64,000 nucleotides of DNA from Thecamonas trahens ATCC 50062 (lineage: Eukaryota; Protista; Apusomonadida): positions 117,369-181,368 of the forward strand of contig NW_013657656.1 of the NCBI RefSeq assembly GCF_000142905.1, given 5' to 3'. Below, in pieces: positions 20,638 to 31,088 of this stretch. A program made the position numbers and the translations under genes. Below the pieces are notes generated by a model, which saw only the letters and a list, made by a program, of their open reading frames with translations, searched no databases and was not told where the DNA came from. Positions within the stretch are counted from its first letter, which is position 1. Each line of letters opens with the position of its first letter.

Positions 20638-21800
20638 CTACGGAAGGAAGGTCTTGCGGTTGAGCCGCATGTAGCGCTCGAGAAGAACGTTAAAGTCCTC
20701 GAGGACAAAGGTGCAGACAACCTCGTAGAAGAAGCGCGAGATGCGGTCGAGGAGGGAGGCGACCTCGGCGTCGGCGGCGTAGAGATCGAGCCACTCGTCC
20801 AGGAACTGCGCACGCTGGAAGACCTCCAGCAGGAGCTCGACGTACGCAGTGTTGTCCTCGACCGAGGCCTTGTTCGTCAGCCTCGTCGCGCCCTTGGAGA
20901 TGGTCGATCCCAGCCGTTTCATCTTGGACGCAAACCGCTGCTTCTTGGTCCGGATCTCCTGGACGGCGGCCTTGTCCTCCTTGATGCCCACCACGCAGTG
21001 AAGATGCTTGTCGAGCGACCGCTGGATTTCGTCGAGCTGCTTGCACAAGTTGCCGAGCGTGAGGACAAACTGCGGGTGGTTGGTGCGGTCCTCCTGCGGA
21101 AGCTTGAGCAGCTGGTCGAGAACCTGTGAGCAACAGTCGATCTTTTGCGGAATGGCCGAGAGCTTCACCTCGGTCTGGTACCACATCCGCCGCGGAATGT
21201 ACAGCTGTGGCGTGACGTAACCGCCCGAGACCATTGTCTTGGCCCACACCCGCATCAGCCAATACGAGCGACGCATCATCTCATTGGGCGGCGGCAGCGG
21301 GGCGTTAATGGTCACGATGGCCCGCTCGGAAAAGGTGATCTCCTTGGCCTGCGGCCGCTCGAGCTCCATCTTGCCCAGCCTGGTGTCGTATCGCTTTGCC
21401 ACGTCGCGAATCGCCGACTTTTCCTCCGCAGGCACCGACGCCGATGACGCCGCGTCGTGCAGCAGGTTCGACGCCGCCAGGTAGAACTCGGCCGCCATGT
21501 TGGGGTTGCCCTCCAAGTCCTGTTCCACCGCGTACTATCTCCCGACCCCCCACACACACACACAACCAGCCCCATGCCAACCCGCAGCGCTCTGTCAGTT
21601 CCCCCGTCCCGCCATGCCTCCCCTCCCCCCCCCTCCCCTCCCCTCCCGCCTTCCCCACGAAAACCACCTCTGTTTCCGCTGAAGGCCACCGACAAGGCCA
21701 ACCACCGACCCACAACCCGGCAACCTTGCTCCTATGCTCGGCATGGACATACCTGTGCGCGGAGAAGCGCAGCCGCAACCGCAGTCTCCACTTCGGCCAT
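20638..21800 (-). CDS. MIT-domain-containing protein; intron ~21535-21752
   Basis: Spliced N-terminus ALLRAQ|YAVEQDLEGN..AAEFY..A..LL...RY..R fits the MIT three-helix pattern; C-terminal YWLMR..GGYVTPQLYIP..W.Q domain. Confidence 0.65.
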
Positions 21801-21930
21801 GATGTGTGAGGGGGTGGGGTGTAGCGAGGTGGGGTGGAGGGAGGGGAGGGGAGGGGGAGGGGGGGGGGAGGGGAGGGGTGAACCGTCGGCAATTGGCGGT
21901 CAGGTCAGCCATGGCATGGACCACGCACAG

Positions 21931-21976
21931 AAGCAGCAACGAAAGCAGCAGCAACGAGAGCAACAGCAACAGCTGC

Positions 21977-22013
<37 letters not shown>

Positions 22014-22039
22014 GCAACAATTGCATCATCATCATCATC

Positions 22040-22070
<31 letters not shown>

Positions 22071-22080
22071 CCCCCATCAT
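21931..22080 (+). repeat. Compound trinucleotide microsatellite (CAG/CAA)n-(CAT)n in a divergent promoter region
   Basis: Directly visible. Confidence 0.9.
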
Positions 22081-22170
22081 GGTAGCAGCATCATCAGCAC
22101 CACCACAACAAGTTACCCCATTCTGCCTGACACCCCTCCCGTCCTCCTCCTCATACCTCACACCTCCACT

Positions 22171-23844
22171 ATGGCCGCACACACTCCCGCAGATATGGTG
22201 GCGGCAGCTCTAGGAAGGAGTTCGGTTGCGCTGCCTGTCCTGCCCTCGCCGCCGGGCCTCACAGCCGGGGCCGACTACGCCGCCAGGCGCGAGGCTATGG
22301 CCGGCGCCGTGGAGAAGCTGGGCGAGGCGCTGGGCGAGGCAGGCTCGCCAGGCTCGGATCGGGCGGTGGCGCGGGCGCACAAGGCCGGCAAGGATCATGC
22401 CCGGGCCCGGATCGAGGCTGTGCTCGACCAGGACTCGCCGTTCCTGGAGCTGCTCCCGCTGGCCGGCCTCGGGCTCAAGGACAACATCCCGGGCGGAGCC
22501 AACGTCGCCGGCATCGGCTTGGTGGCAGGCGTGGAGACGATGGTCATTGCTGGGCGGGCAACCATCAAAGGCGGCGCCATCGACGAGGCATCGGTCCGAA
22601 AGGGCGACCGCCTCGCTGCCATCGCTGCCGCTAACCGCCTGCCCACCATCACCTTTGTCGAGTCGGGCGGCGCTAACCTCCGCCAGCAGTTCAAGGTCTT
22701 TCATGCCGGCGGCGCCTCGTTCCGCGACATCACCCGCCGCTCCAAGGCCGGCATTCCGTCCATCGCTGTGGTCTGCGGCTCGTGCACCGCTGGCGGCGCC
22801 TACCTCCCGGGCATGTCCGACTATGTCATCATGGTCAAGGACAACGCCAAGGTCTTCCTCGCCGGCCCGCCGCTTGTCAAGATGGCCACCGGCGAGGTGA
22901 CCACCGACGACGAGCTCGGTGGTGCTGTCATGCATGCCTCGGTCTCGGGCGTCGCCGACTACCTCGCCGAGGACGAGCTTCATGGCATCGCCCTAGCCCG
23001 CTCGGTCATGGCCACGGTGGCGTACACCAAGGCGACGGCGCTGCCGCATAGCCACCTACACGCGCTCCCCGAGCCGCCGCTGTACAACCCTCATGAGCTG
23101 CTGGGCATTGTTGGCACCGATCTCAAGGCCTCGTTTGACGTCCGCCACGTCATCGCCCGCATTGTCGACGGTTCGCGGTTTGGTGCGTTCAAGGCTGCCT
23201 TTGGCCCGACCCTTGTCACCGGCTGGGCCTCCATCCACGGCATCCCGGTCGGCATTATTGCCAACAACGGCCCGCTCTTCTCCGACGCCGCCAACAAGGG
23301 TGCCCAGTTTATCCAGATCTGCAACTACCGCTCCATCCCGCTCCTCTTTCTGCAGAACATCACCGGGTTCATGGTCGGCACCGCTGCCGAACAGGAGGGC
23401 ATCATCCGCCACGGCGCCAAGCTCATCAACGCCGTCTCCAACTCGACGGTCCCGGCCATCACCGTCATCATCGGCGCTTCATACGGCGCCGGCAACTACG
23501 CCATGTGCGGTCGCGCCTACGAGCCGCGCTTTCTCTTTGCTTGGCCCAACTCGCGCGTCGCCGTCATGGGCTCGGAGCAGCTCGCCGGCGTCATGGACAT
23601 TGTCGTCCGCGCCTCGGCTGCGCGCAAGGGCGTCGCCATCGACGACGACTTTCTCGCCTCGCAAAAGTCCAAGTTCATCGACCAGGTCGAGGACCAGTCC
23701 GACTGCTACTACGTCTCGGCCCACTGCCTCGACGACGGCATCATCGATCCCCGCGAGACCCGTAACGTCGTCGGCATGGCACTCTCCGCCACATACTCGG
23801 CGCCAGTCGAGGGCACCAAGACCTTTGGCATCTCGCGCATGTAG
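22171..23844 (+). CDS. Biotin-dependent acyl-CoA carboxylase carboxyltransferase beta subunit (geranyl-CoA carboxylase AtuC / MCC-beta family)
   Basis: LDQDSPFLEL, VESGGANL, GSCTAGGAYLPGMSD, FLAGPPLVKMATGE, LQNITGFMVG, GASYGAGNYAMCGRAYEPRFLFAWP, DDGIIDPRETR, FGISRM. Confidence 0.92.
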   Translation: MAAHTPADMVAAALGRSSVALPVLPSPPGLTAGADYAARREAMAGAVEKLGEALGEAGSPGSDRAVARAHKAGKDHARARIEAVLDQDSPFLELLPLAGLGLKDNIPGGANVAGIGLVAGVETMVIAGRATIKGGAIDEASVRKGDRLAAIAAANRLPTITFVESGGANLRQQFKVFHAGGASFRDITRRSKAGIPSIAVVCGSCTAGGAYLPGMSDYVIMVKDNAKVFLAGPPLVKMATGEVTTDDELGGAVMHASVSGVADYLAEDELHGIALARSVMATVAYTKATALPHSHLHALPEPPLYNPHELLGIVGTDLKASFDVRHVIARIVDGSRFGAFKAAFGPTLVTGWASIHGIPVGIIANNGPLFSDAANKGAQFIQICNYRSIPLLFLQNITGFMVGTAAEQEGIIRHGAKLINAVSNSTVPAITVIIGASYGAGNYAMCGRAYEPRFLFAWPNSRVAVMGSEQLAGVMDIVVRASAARKGVAIDDDFLASQKSKFIDQVEDQSDCYYVSAHCLDDGIIDPRETRNVVGMALSATYSAPVEGTKTFGISRM

Positions 23845-23859
23845 CGCGCCCGGCTCTCG

Positions 23860-24732
23860 TCACCGGAGCACCTCGCGCTCGAGCAGCATGTTCTCGATCT
23901 TGCGACGCAGCGCTTCGGCCTCGGCCACCTTGCGCTCCAGCATTCGCTGCGCCACGGCAACCACACCCTTGTGCTGCTCCAGTGCCGCCGCGTAGTACAC
24001 CCGCGGCACGCCCATGGCTAGCCACGCCGCCGCACGGTCGCCAAACTCGGCAAACGCGGCCGCCTGCGCCGCAGCATCGGCCTCGGCCACCGCGGCCTCT
24101 CGCTCCGCCTCGTCGCGCTCGCGGCTGAGCTCAGCCATTTCGCGATCGAGCACCGCTGCGTGTCGCACCACCCGCTCGTACACCTGCTTGTTCTCCGGGT
24201 GGACAAGCGGCGGGAACCGCTCCCTCGCCGTCGACGCCGCAGCTACCGGGCCTCCTCCGGCCGAGCTCGCCTCCGAACTTGACGCCGCTCTTGCCGCTAT
24301 CAGCGCCCGATCGCGGACTACAGGCGTCTCCAGCCCAGTCATTCGCGCTAGCCCAGACACCACCTGCCGCGAGCCGTCTTCGGCCAGCGCCATAAACGCT
24401 GCTGCGCCATACGCATCCGACGCGTCGACGAGGGCGAGCGCTCGGACAACCGCAAGCGCAAGTAGATAGTTGGGCGTCTCGACCACGGCCTCCTCCAGCT
24501 GCGCATACAGATCATCCAGCGCTAGCCGCTGCAAATCACGCTCCGGATCAAGCCCCTCGGCCTCTGTGTAGTAAGAGCCCTCGTCATCCACCGTCTCCAC
24601 GTACGAGTACGAGTACGAGTACGACACGTCGCCGGCCCCACCCTCGCCCTCGTCCGAGTACGTGTACGTGTAGGCGGCGCCGCTTGCACCGCTGCCGCCA
24701 AACCCGCCTCCATCATACCGGCTCCCATACAT
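23860..24732 (-). CDS. Hypothetical coiled-coil protein with Tyr/Ser-rich acidic N-terminus
   Basis: ORF from MYGSRYD; host-like codon usage; C-terminal heptads. Confidence 0.6.
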   Translation of the reverse strand: MYGSRYDGGGFGGSGASGAAYTYTYSDEGEGGAGDVSYSYSYSYVETVDDEGSYYTEAEGLDPERDLQRLALDDLYAQLEEAVVETPNYLLALAVVRALALVDASDAYGAAAFMALAEDGSRQVVSGLARMTGLETPVVRDRALIAARAASSSEASSAGGGPVAAASTARERFPPLVHPENKQVYERVVRHAAVLDREMAELSRERDEAEREAAVAEADAAAQAAAFAEFGDRAAAWLAMGVPRVYYAAALEQHKGVVAVAQRMLERKVAEAEALRRKIENMLLEREVLR

Positions 24733-24809
24733 CCTCCCCACAGTGCACCGCCGCAACCCCCTCCTTCCCCTTGGTCCGGACAGAGAGCTGCCCCGCCCCG
24801 CCCCCCCCC

Positions 24810-25058
24810 NNNNNNNNNNNNNNNNNNNNNNNNNNNNNNNNNNNNNNNNNNNNNNNNNNNNNNNNNNNNNNNNNNNNNNNNNNNNNNNNNNNNNNNNNNN
24901 NNNNNNNNNNNNNNNNNNNNNNNNNNNNNNNNNNNNNNNNNNNNNNNNNNNNNNNNNNNNNNNNNNNNNNNNNNNNNNNNNNNNNNNNNNNNNNNNNNNN
25001 NNNNNNNNNNNNNNNNNNNNNNNNNNNNNNNNNNNNNNNNNNNNNNNNNNNNNNNNNN
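24810..25058. other. Assembly gap flanked by near-duplicate sequence
   Basis: N run; 24737-24809 is repeated at 25061-25140. Confidence 0.95.
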
Positions 25059-25252
25059 TCCCCACCAGTGCACCGCCGCCAACCCCCTCCCTTCCCCTTC
25101 GGTCCGGACAGAGAGCTGCCCCCCCCCCCCCCCCCCCCCCTCCTCCCCTCTCTCCCGTGTGTGCCCTGCCCGCTCGCTACTGCGCCAACAACGGCAGCCC
25201 ACTCCCACTCCAATCCCTCCTCTCATCGCCTCACCCCTCACTGCTCTCCGAC

Positions 25253-26674
25253 ATGCGTCACCTCCTCCGCAAGCTGGCCTTCGCCTGTGGCAGCTTCCTC
25301 GGCCCGCTCTGCTGCAGGCTGGCCACGGCGGCAGTGGTCCTGGCCCTCGCCCTGGCCGCGGGGACTTACGTCCTTCAGCGCGGCCCGGCGCTGGTCTCGT
25401 ATGCATCGGTGGAGCTGGCCCCGCCGCGGAACTCGACCGAGGTCATGGCCAATCTGACTGCAGTTGATGAGGTGCTGGTCGGCTCAATGGCGGTGGCGCT
25501 CAACCACTCGACCGCACCGGTAGTTCTCGTCGATGGACACGCACACACCACGGCGTCGGACGGCCGCATGTCACTGCACCAGCTGGCGGCATGGGAGGCC
25601 TCGCAGGGCTTTGATGCCTTTTTCGTCACCGATCACAACGTCTACGGTCCGGAGGCTGCGGAGATGGCATCGCGCTCGAGCGGCGTATTGCCGCTGGCGG
25701 GGCAAGAGTACACCACCTGCCGGGCGCACCTCAACATCTACGGTGTGGCCAAGCGGTACGAGCCGATCTCGCCGTTTCCCACCAACGACGAACTGAAGGA
25801 GCTCATTACCGACGTCCACGCTGCCGGCGGCCTGGTCTCGGTCAACCATCTACCGTGGTCGGCGTGGTCGATGCCGCTGGCCTCGCTCCCGAGCCGTGCC
25901 CAGTGGCACGCCTGGGGCGCAGACATGTTCGAGGTCGTCAACTCGGGCATCTTTGACTGGGAGACCTTTATATTTGCCCGCCGCGCAGGCATGGGTGTCA
26001 TCGCCGGCACCGACGTTCACTCGCCGTACACTCGCGCTGCGTCGTGGACCGCCATCCGCCCGGCCAACCTCTCGGCGGCGGCCATTCTTGACGAGCTCCG
26101 CAGAGCGCGCACCAACATCCTGCTCGAGGCCGTCGCCTCGCCGCGCCACGGACTGTATCCGGTGGTTGCAGGCGAGTCATGGACGCGGGCCGGCATGGTC
26201 TGGTGGCTCTTCACCGCGCTCGGCGCCTTTGCCGAGAACTTCTACACCCTTGCCACCGGCCAGTACGACTTTGCCGGCGGCTTTTGCACGCCGACCGTCT
26301 TTCGCCTCCACACCACCCTCATCGGCTACGCCCTGCTGTGGATTGTGGGCCTTGCCGCCGCTCTTGAGCTTTGCTGCTGCGGCTGCGCCGCCGGGCGCTG
26401 CGCGAGGCCCTCGCCGCGCGAGCCGTATGCTCTCGCCTGCGGTGCGCCCGCCTCGTCGGCCCGCTGCCGCCTCGTTCCCCTGGCACTCTACACGTGCTCG
26501 TCTACCGCTGTAGCTCCTCGCCGACGCGCATCCACGTCGAGTGGAACGTATTCAGCCGCGAACTCGAGCTCGGGCTCGGGGGGCTCGGGCTCCTCGACGC
26601 TACACTCGTCGTCATCGCTCTCGGCGTCGGCCGACGCCGAGATGGGGCTCCTCTCGCGGAGCCGGCGGAGCTAG
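25253..26674 (+). CDS. Membrane-anchored PHP-domain phosphoesterase
   Basis: DGHAHTTASDG, TDHN, GQEYT, HLN, NH, GTDVH metal ligands; N-terminal and C-terminal TM segments. Confidence 0.85.
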   Translation: MRHLLRKLAFACGSFLGPLCCRLATAAVVLALALAAGTYVLQRGPALVSYASVELAPPRNSTEVMANLTAVDEVLVGSMAVALNHSTAPVVLVDGHAHTTASDGRMSLHQLAAWEASQGFDAFFVTDHNVYGPEAAEMASRSSGVLPLAGQEYTTCRAHLNIYGVAKRYEPISPFPTNDELKELITDVHAAGGLVSVNHLPWSAWSMPLASLPSRAQWHAWGADMFEVVNSGIFDWETFIFARRAGMGVIAGTDVHSPYTRAASWTAIRPANLSAAAILDELRRARTNILLEAVASPRHGLYPVVAGESWTRAGMVWWLFTALGAFAENFYTLATGQYDFAGGFCTPTVFRLHTTLIGYALLWIVGLAAALELCCCGCAAGRCARPSPREPYALACGAPASSARCRLVPLALYTCSSTAVAPRRRASTSSGTYSAANSSSGSGGSGSSTLHSSSSLSASADAEMGLLSRSRRS

Positions 26675-26736
26675 CCCAGTGAAAGACAAGTAGGTAGACA
26701 GGAACAGCGTTTGACGGAGCAAAGGGGAGAGGGGGT

Positions 26737-28153
26737 CTACTGGAGCGACGACTCGGGGAAAATGCCCTGCGAGACGTGGTAGGCGATCTGGGCGCGGACA
26801 AGCTCCTCGTTGATCTCGGGGACCTCGTAGGTGAAGCCGGTGCCCTCGATCTTGGAGCCGTCAATGCAGAGGTGGTTGTTGTACAGCAGCTCCTGGTCGA
26901 GGTACGGCGTGAGCGGAGTGTTCTCAATGCCGGCGGCCTTGCAGAGGTCAGACCACGGCTTGAGGTGCTTCTCGTTGACAGTCTCGGTGACACCCGAGAG
27001 GTTGACGCGAGCAAGATTACTCTTGATCTTGCCGGCAAACTTGGTGTCGATGCCAAAGATGGCCTCGAGAATCTCGTTGACCTTGCCCTGGTTGGTGTTC
27101 CCCTTGTCGGCGAGGTTGAAGACCTCGCCGGACTCGCCGTGCGAGGTGAGGTGCCAGAGCGCGCGGACAACGTCGTCGACATGCACCGTGTTGATCGCCA
27201 GATCCTTGGTCCACAGGAACTCCATCTTCTCGCCGAGCTGCTTGTACACCGCTCCGCAGATGATCCGCGGCGCAATGCCGGCCACGTCGCCGGGGCCGTA
27301 CACAATCGCCGGCCGGACCACAACGTAGTTGAGCCCGTCGATGCCGGCGAGCGCCTCCTCGGCCTGCACCTTGTGCGTGGCAATGTTGGTCCACGGCTTG
27401 AGCTTCTCGTCCTCAGACTTGGTCTTCTTGTTGCCGTCGTACACCTGAGCCGTCGAGACCTCCACGAACCGCTCGACGCCGTGCTTGGCCGCAGCCGTCG
27501 CCACCTTGGTCGTCAGCTGGGCAATCTTCTCAGCGTACACCGTCTCCGGCTGCGAGTACTTGGTCTCGCCAGCAAGGTTGATGACAAACCGGAACGGCGT
27601 CTCCACACCATCCGTGAACGCCTTCTCGATCGAAGCTGTTACCCCGTCCGCGCCCACAACCGGTGTGAGTCCAAGCGCTTGCAATTTTCTTGCCGCCGTC
27701 ACTCCACGGGGGAGCCAGCCGCGAGCGAAAAAATTCGCAGGTGGCGGCGACACGTCCCTGGCAAGCCCGACCGCCTTGCGGGGGATAGCCATGGGGGAGG
27801 GGAGGGGCAGTCAAGGGAGGGGTCAGGGGGGGGATAAACGGTATGTACAAGGGAGGGGGGGGGGAGGGGGGCAGGCAGGGGGGCGAGCGGGGCTAGCTGT
27901 GGCCGCAGGTGGCCAAAGTATGCGGAACAAGCAACCTACCGTCGTTGGTGAGGTTGGCCTGGCGGAACTCGACAATGGGAGAGGCAAAGGAGGCAGCGTG
28001 GGCCTCGTCCATGTACGCAGTCTGCGGGAGGACCTTGTCCGCCACGCGGATGTACGAGGCGAGGTCATTGACCACCAGGTGGTGGACAAAGTTGCGTCCG
28101 ATGAATCCGGTTCCGCCCAGAACGAGCACAGAAGGCTTGGCAGTGTCGGCCAT
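26737..28153 (-). CDS. NAD-dependent epimerase/dehydratase (extended SDR); intron ~27640-27940
   Basis: Exon 1 VLVLGGTGFIGRN (GGxGxxG); exon 2 VINLAG, VSTAQVY, VRPAIVYGPGD, TVHVDDV. Confidence 0.88.
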
Positions 28154-28699
28154 TGTGTTTCTTGTGAATGTCTCACGTGAGGTGCCGTCACCAATGGTGA
28201 AGCAAGCAAGCTCGGTCAACAGTCGGCCAGCCACGGCCACGGCGACCGACTCGGTCGAATGTCTAACGAACGAACGAACAAACGAAACGAAACGAAACGA
28301 GCGAACGAATCATCTGCCAGCTGCCAGCAACGATAACTGGTGGCAGCAATTAACGATAATCCGCTGGCAACGAAACCACCTGCGCCGCCACCGTCACACA
28401 CCGCACACACCATACACAACAGAGCACACCAACACCTCCGATCCCACCACACCACATCGCGGCTCGCCATTGCTTCGATTGCAGTCTCTTGCACCGCGCT
28501 ATCCCCTCTGATCCTTCCTCTTAATCCCACCCTCCTCCTCCTCACCCTTCCCTCTCCCCTCCCCCACACCCCCCCCATCCTCCGGCCACACCCTCTGCGA
28601 CCGCTGGGATCGGCCTCACCTCCCGTTGACCCCTTCGGCGCGGTGGCACCCCCGGCGAAAGAGACAGAAGGCGGCAGCACTAGACTCTGGGCAGACATT

Positions 28700-31051
28700 A
28701 TGGATTTTACTGACGTGACCCTGTGGGGCGGTGTGGTTGTGGCCGGCTCGGCTGTTGCTGCCTCCTTCCTCCTCCTCAAGCCCGACGAGCAGAGCCGTGG
28801 CCTGACGGCCGAGGAGATCGCGTCGGGTTCGCTCTCCCGGGGCCTCGCCGACGGGAAGGCGGGCAAGGGCAAGAAGGGCAAGGGCAAGAAGGGCAAGGGC
28901 AAGGCCGGCAAGAACTCGCACCAGGAGAAGAAGACCCAGAAGGCGGTGTCGACAAAGTCTGCTCCGGCCGCTGCAGCAGCTGCAAAGGCTGCCCCCGCCG
29001 ACAGCAACAAGGCCTCGTCCGCAAACAAATCGCAAAAAATCTCCTCCAGCGACGCCGATGCCGCCGACGCAAGGGCCCAGGCTACAAAGGCCGCAAAGGC
29101 GAAGGCCGTAAAGGCCGCAAAGGCTGCAAAGGCTGCAAAGGCCGCAAAGGCTGAAAAGGCTGAAAAGGCCGAGGCCAAGCAGCCGTCGGGCGACATCGAC
29201 CGGGATCTGATGCTACTCTCCAAGATCCAGGCCGCGACTGCTGTTCGGCCCAAGACCGGTGGCGGCGGCGGCAGCAAGAAGAACAAGGCCGCTCAGGCCA
29301 AGGCCAAGCCTGTGGTTCCGTCAGGTGCGGTCCAAGCCGTCACTCATATGCCCGAGCCGGAGCCGTCTCCGGCCAAGAAGGCCAAGGCCGCGGCCAAGGC
29401 TGCGGCCAAGACCGCGCCGGCCGCGGCTTCGCAGGAGGCTGCTGACCGTGCCTTTGCCGAGTCAGTTGCTCGCATGACCGACGCCGAGGAGTACGCCATG
29501 CTCAAGTCGCAGGTCGAGGAGGAGTCGTGGACCACCGCCGGCTCGTCGTCGCTCAGCAAGATGCGCAAGCGGGTCGCCCAGCTCGAGACCGAGCTCGCCG
29601 AGCGCGATGCCAACGTCTCCAAACTGACCAAGACGGTCAAGAAGCTCCGCGCCGAGGCCAACACCCATACCGCCGCCCTCCGCATCAGCGAGGAGGCGTC
29701 CGCCAAGACCATCGCTACCCTCGAGGCCGAGACCACCACGCTCCGTGCCTCGCTCAAGGACGCCCGCGAGGCCGCAAACCCGGGCGCGCTCGCCGAGCAG
29801 CTACTGGTCGAGCAGCAGCTCCGCTCTGAGCTCGCCGCCGCAAACTCGCAGCTTGAGCAGCTGCGCATGACCTTTGTCGACGCCCAGAAGGCCGCAGACG
29901 CCAAGGTCGCCTCGCTCCAGACCTCGGTCGACGAGAAGACCGCCCAGGTCGACCAGGCTTCCAAGCTCCTCACCATGCACAAGGAGATGCAAATGGAGTC
30001 GCGCAACAAGGTCGAGGAGCTCAAGGCCGCTGCCGCCGCCGCCCAGGACGAGCTGGCCAAGGTCAAGGCCGAGCTGGCCGAGTCGGCCGCTGCCCTCGAG
30101 GCTGCCCAGGCCGCCGCCGACGCCGCCGCCGCTGCCCCGGCCGCCGACCCGGCCGCCGACGAGGAGCTTGCCAAGGCCAAGTCGACCATCGCCAAGAAGG
30201 ACGACTACATCGACAACCTCGAGAACGAGATCGCTCAGCTCGAGGAGAAGCTCTCCGACCGCGACGACGCCGTCAAGGCCGCTCAGGCCGTTGCCGATGA
30301 CGCCAAGCGCCAGCTGGTCCTTGCCGAGAAGAACGCCAACGACCTCGCCTCCCGTGTCGAGGAGGCCACCAAGGCCAACGCCGAGTCGTACGCCACCATG
30401 TCTGAGCTCCAGGCCAAGCTCAAGGCTGCCGAGGCCGCCGCAGAGTCTGCCGCCGCTCCTCAGCCCGCTGCAGAGCCCGCCGCAGACAACGATGCCGACG
30501 CCGCCCGTGTCGCAGAGCTCGAGGAGGCCATCGCCGGCCTCACTGCCGAGCGCGACGCCGCCGTCGCAGACCTCGCCACCGTTGCCGCCGCCCGCGACGC
30601 CGCTGCCGCCGCAGAGGCCGACCTCGAGACCAAGCTCGCCGCCGCGGAGGCTGCTGCCACCGACGCTGCCGCCGCCGCCTCGGCCGACCTCGAGGCCGCC
30701 AACTCGCGCGTCGCCATCCTGGAGACTCAGCTCGCTGCTGCTTCGTCCGACGCCGACGCCACCGTCGCCGAGCTCAAGGCCCAGCTCGCCACCGCCAACG
30801 CCAGCATCGAGTCGCTCGAGGCCGCCGCTGCCGCCGCCCCGCCCTCGCTCGACGTCGGCGACGTCGACCAGGAAGGCATCGCCCTCGACGCAGAGTCGCG
30901 CGCAAAGCTCGTCAAGGCCGTTCGCTTTGCCGAGTCTACCATCGCAGAGCTCCGCATCCAGTACGCAAAGGCCCTGCTCGAGCAGCAGTCGGTCTTTGAC
31001 GCCGACAAGGCTGAGCTGGAGGCCAAGCTCGCCGCCGCCCAGTCGTCGTAA
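28700..31051 (+). CDS. N-terminally membrane-anchored long coiled-coil protein (kinectin/p180-like architecture)
   Basis: TM helix at about residues 7-26, GKGKK and AAK basic repeats, more than 450 aa of heptad coiled coil. Confidence 0.7.
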   Translation: MDFTDVTLWGGVVVAGSAVAASFLLLKPDEQSRGLTAEEIASGSLSRGLADGKAGKGKKGKGKKGKGKAGKNSHQEKKTQKAVSTKSAPAAAAAAKAAPADSNKASSANKSQKISSSDADAADARAQATKAAKAKAVKAAKAAKAAKAAKAEKAEKAEAKQPSGDIDRDLMLLSKIQAATAVRPKTGGGGGSKKNKAAQAKAKPVVPSGAVQAVTHMPEPEPSPAKKAKAAAKAAAKTAPAAASQEAADRAFAESVARMTDAEEYAMLKSQVEEESWTTAGSSSLSKMRKRVAQLETELAERDANVSKLTKTVKKLRAEANTHTAALRISEEASAKTIATLEAETTTLRASLKDAREAANPGALAEQLLVEQQLRSELAAANSQLEQLRMTFVDAQKAADAKVASLQTSVDEKTAQVDQASKLLTMHKEMQMESRNKVEELKAAAAAAQDELAKVKAELAESAAALEAAQAAADAAAAAPAADPAADEELAKAKSTIAKKDDYIDNLENEIAQLEEKLSDRDDAVKAAQAVADDAKRQLVLAEKNANDLASRVEEATKANAESYATMSELQAKLKAAEAAAESAAAPQPAAEPAADNDADAARVAELEEAIAGLTAERDAAVADLATVAAARDAAAAAEADLETKLAAAEAAATDAAAAASADLEAANSRVAILETQLAAASSDADATVAELKAQLATANASIESLEAAAAAAPPSLDVGDVDQEGIALDAESRAKLVKAVRFAESTIAELRIQYAKALLEQQSVFDADKAELEAKLAAAQSS

Positions 31052-31088
31052 ATCACACACCCCGCTCTGCTCCTCTCTCGCTAGCTCT

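Noticed and set aside
21457-22170. Poly-Q/poly-H N-terminal extension of the carboxyltransferase
   Set aside because: It is an intergenic microsatellite read in frame and partly overlaps the MIT gene on the opposite strand.
24737-25140. Direct repeat flanking the N gap as an LTR or mobile-element end
   Set aside because: The copies differ only by small indels and both end in poly-C at contig edges, so they are most likely overlapping contig ends.
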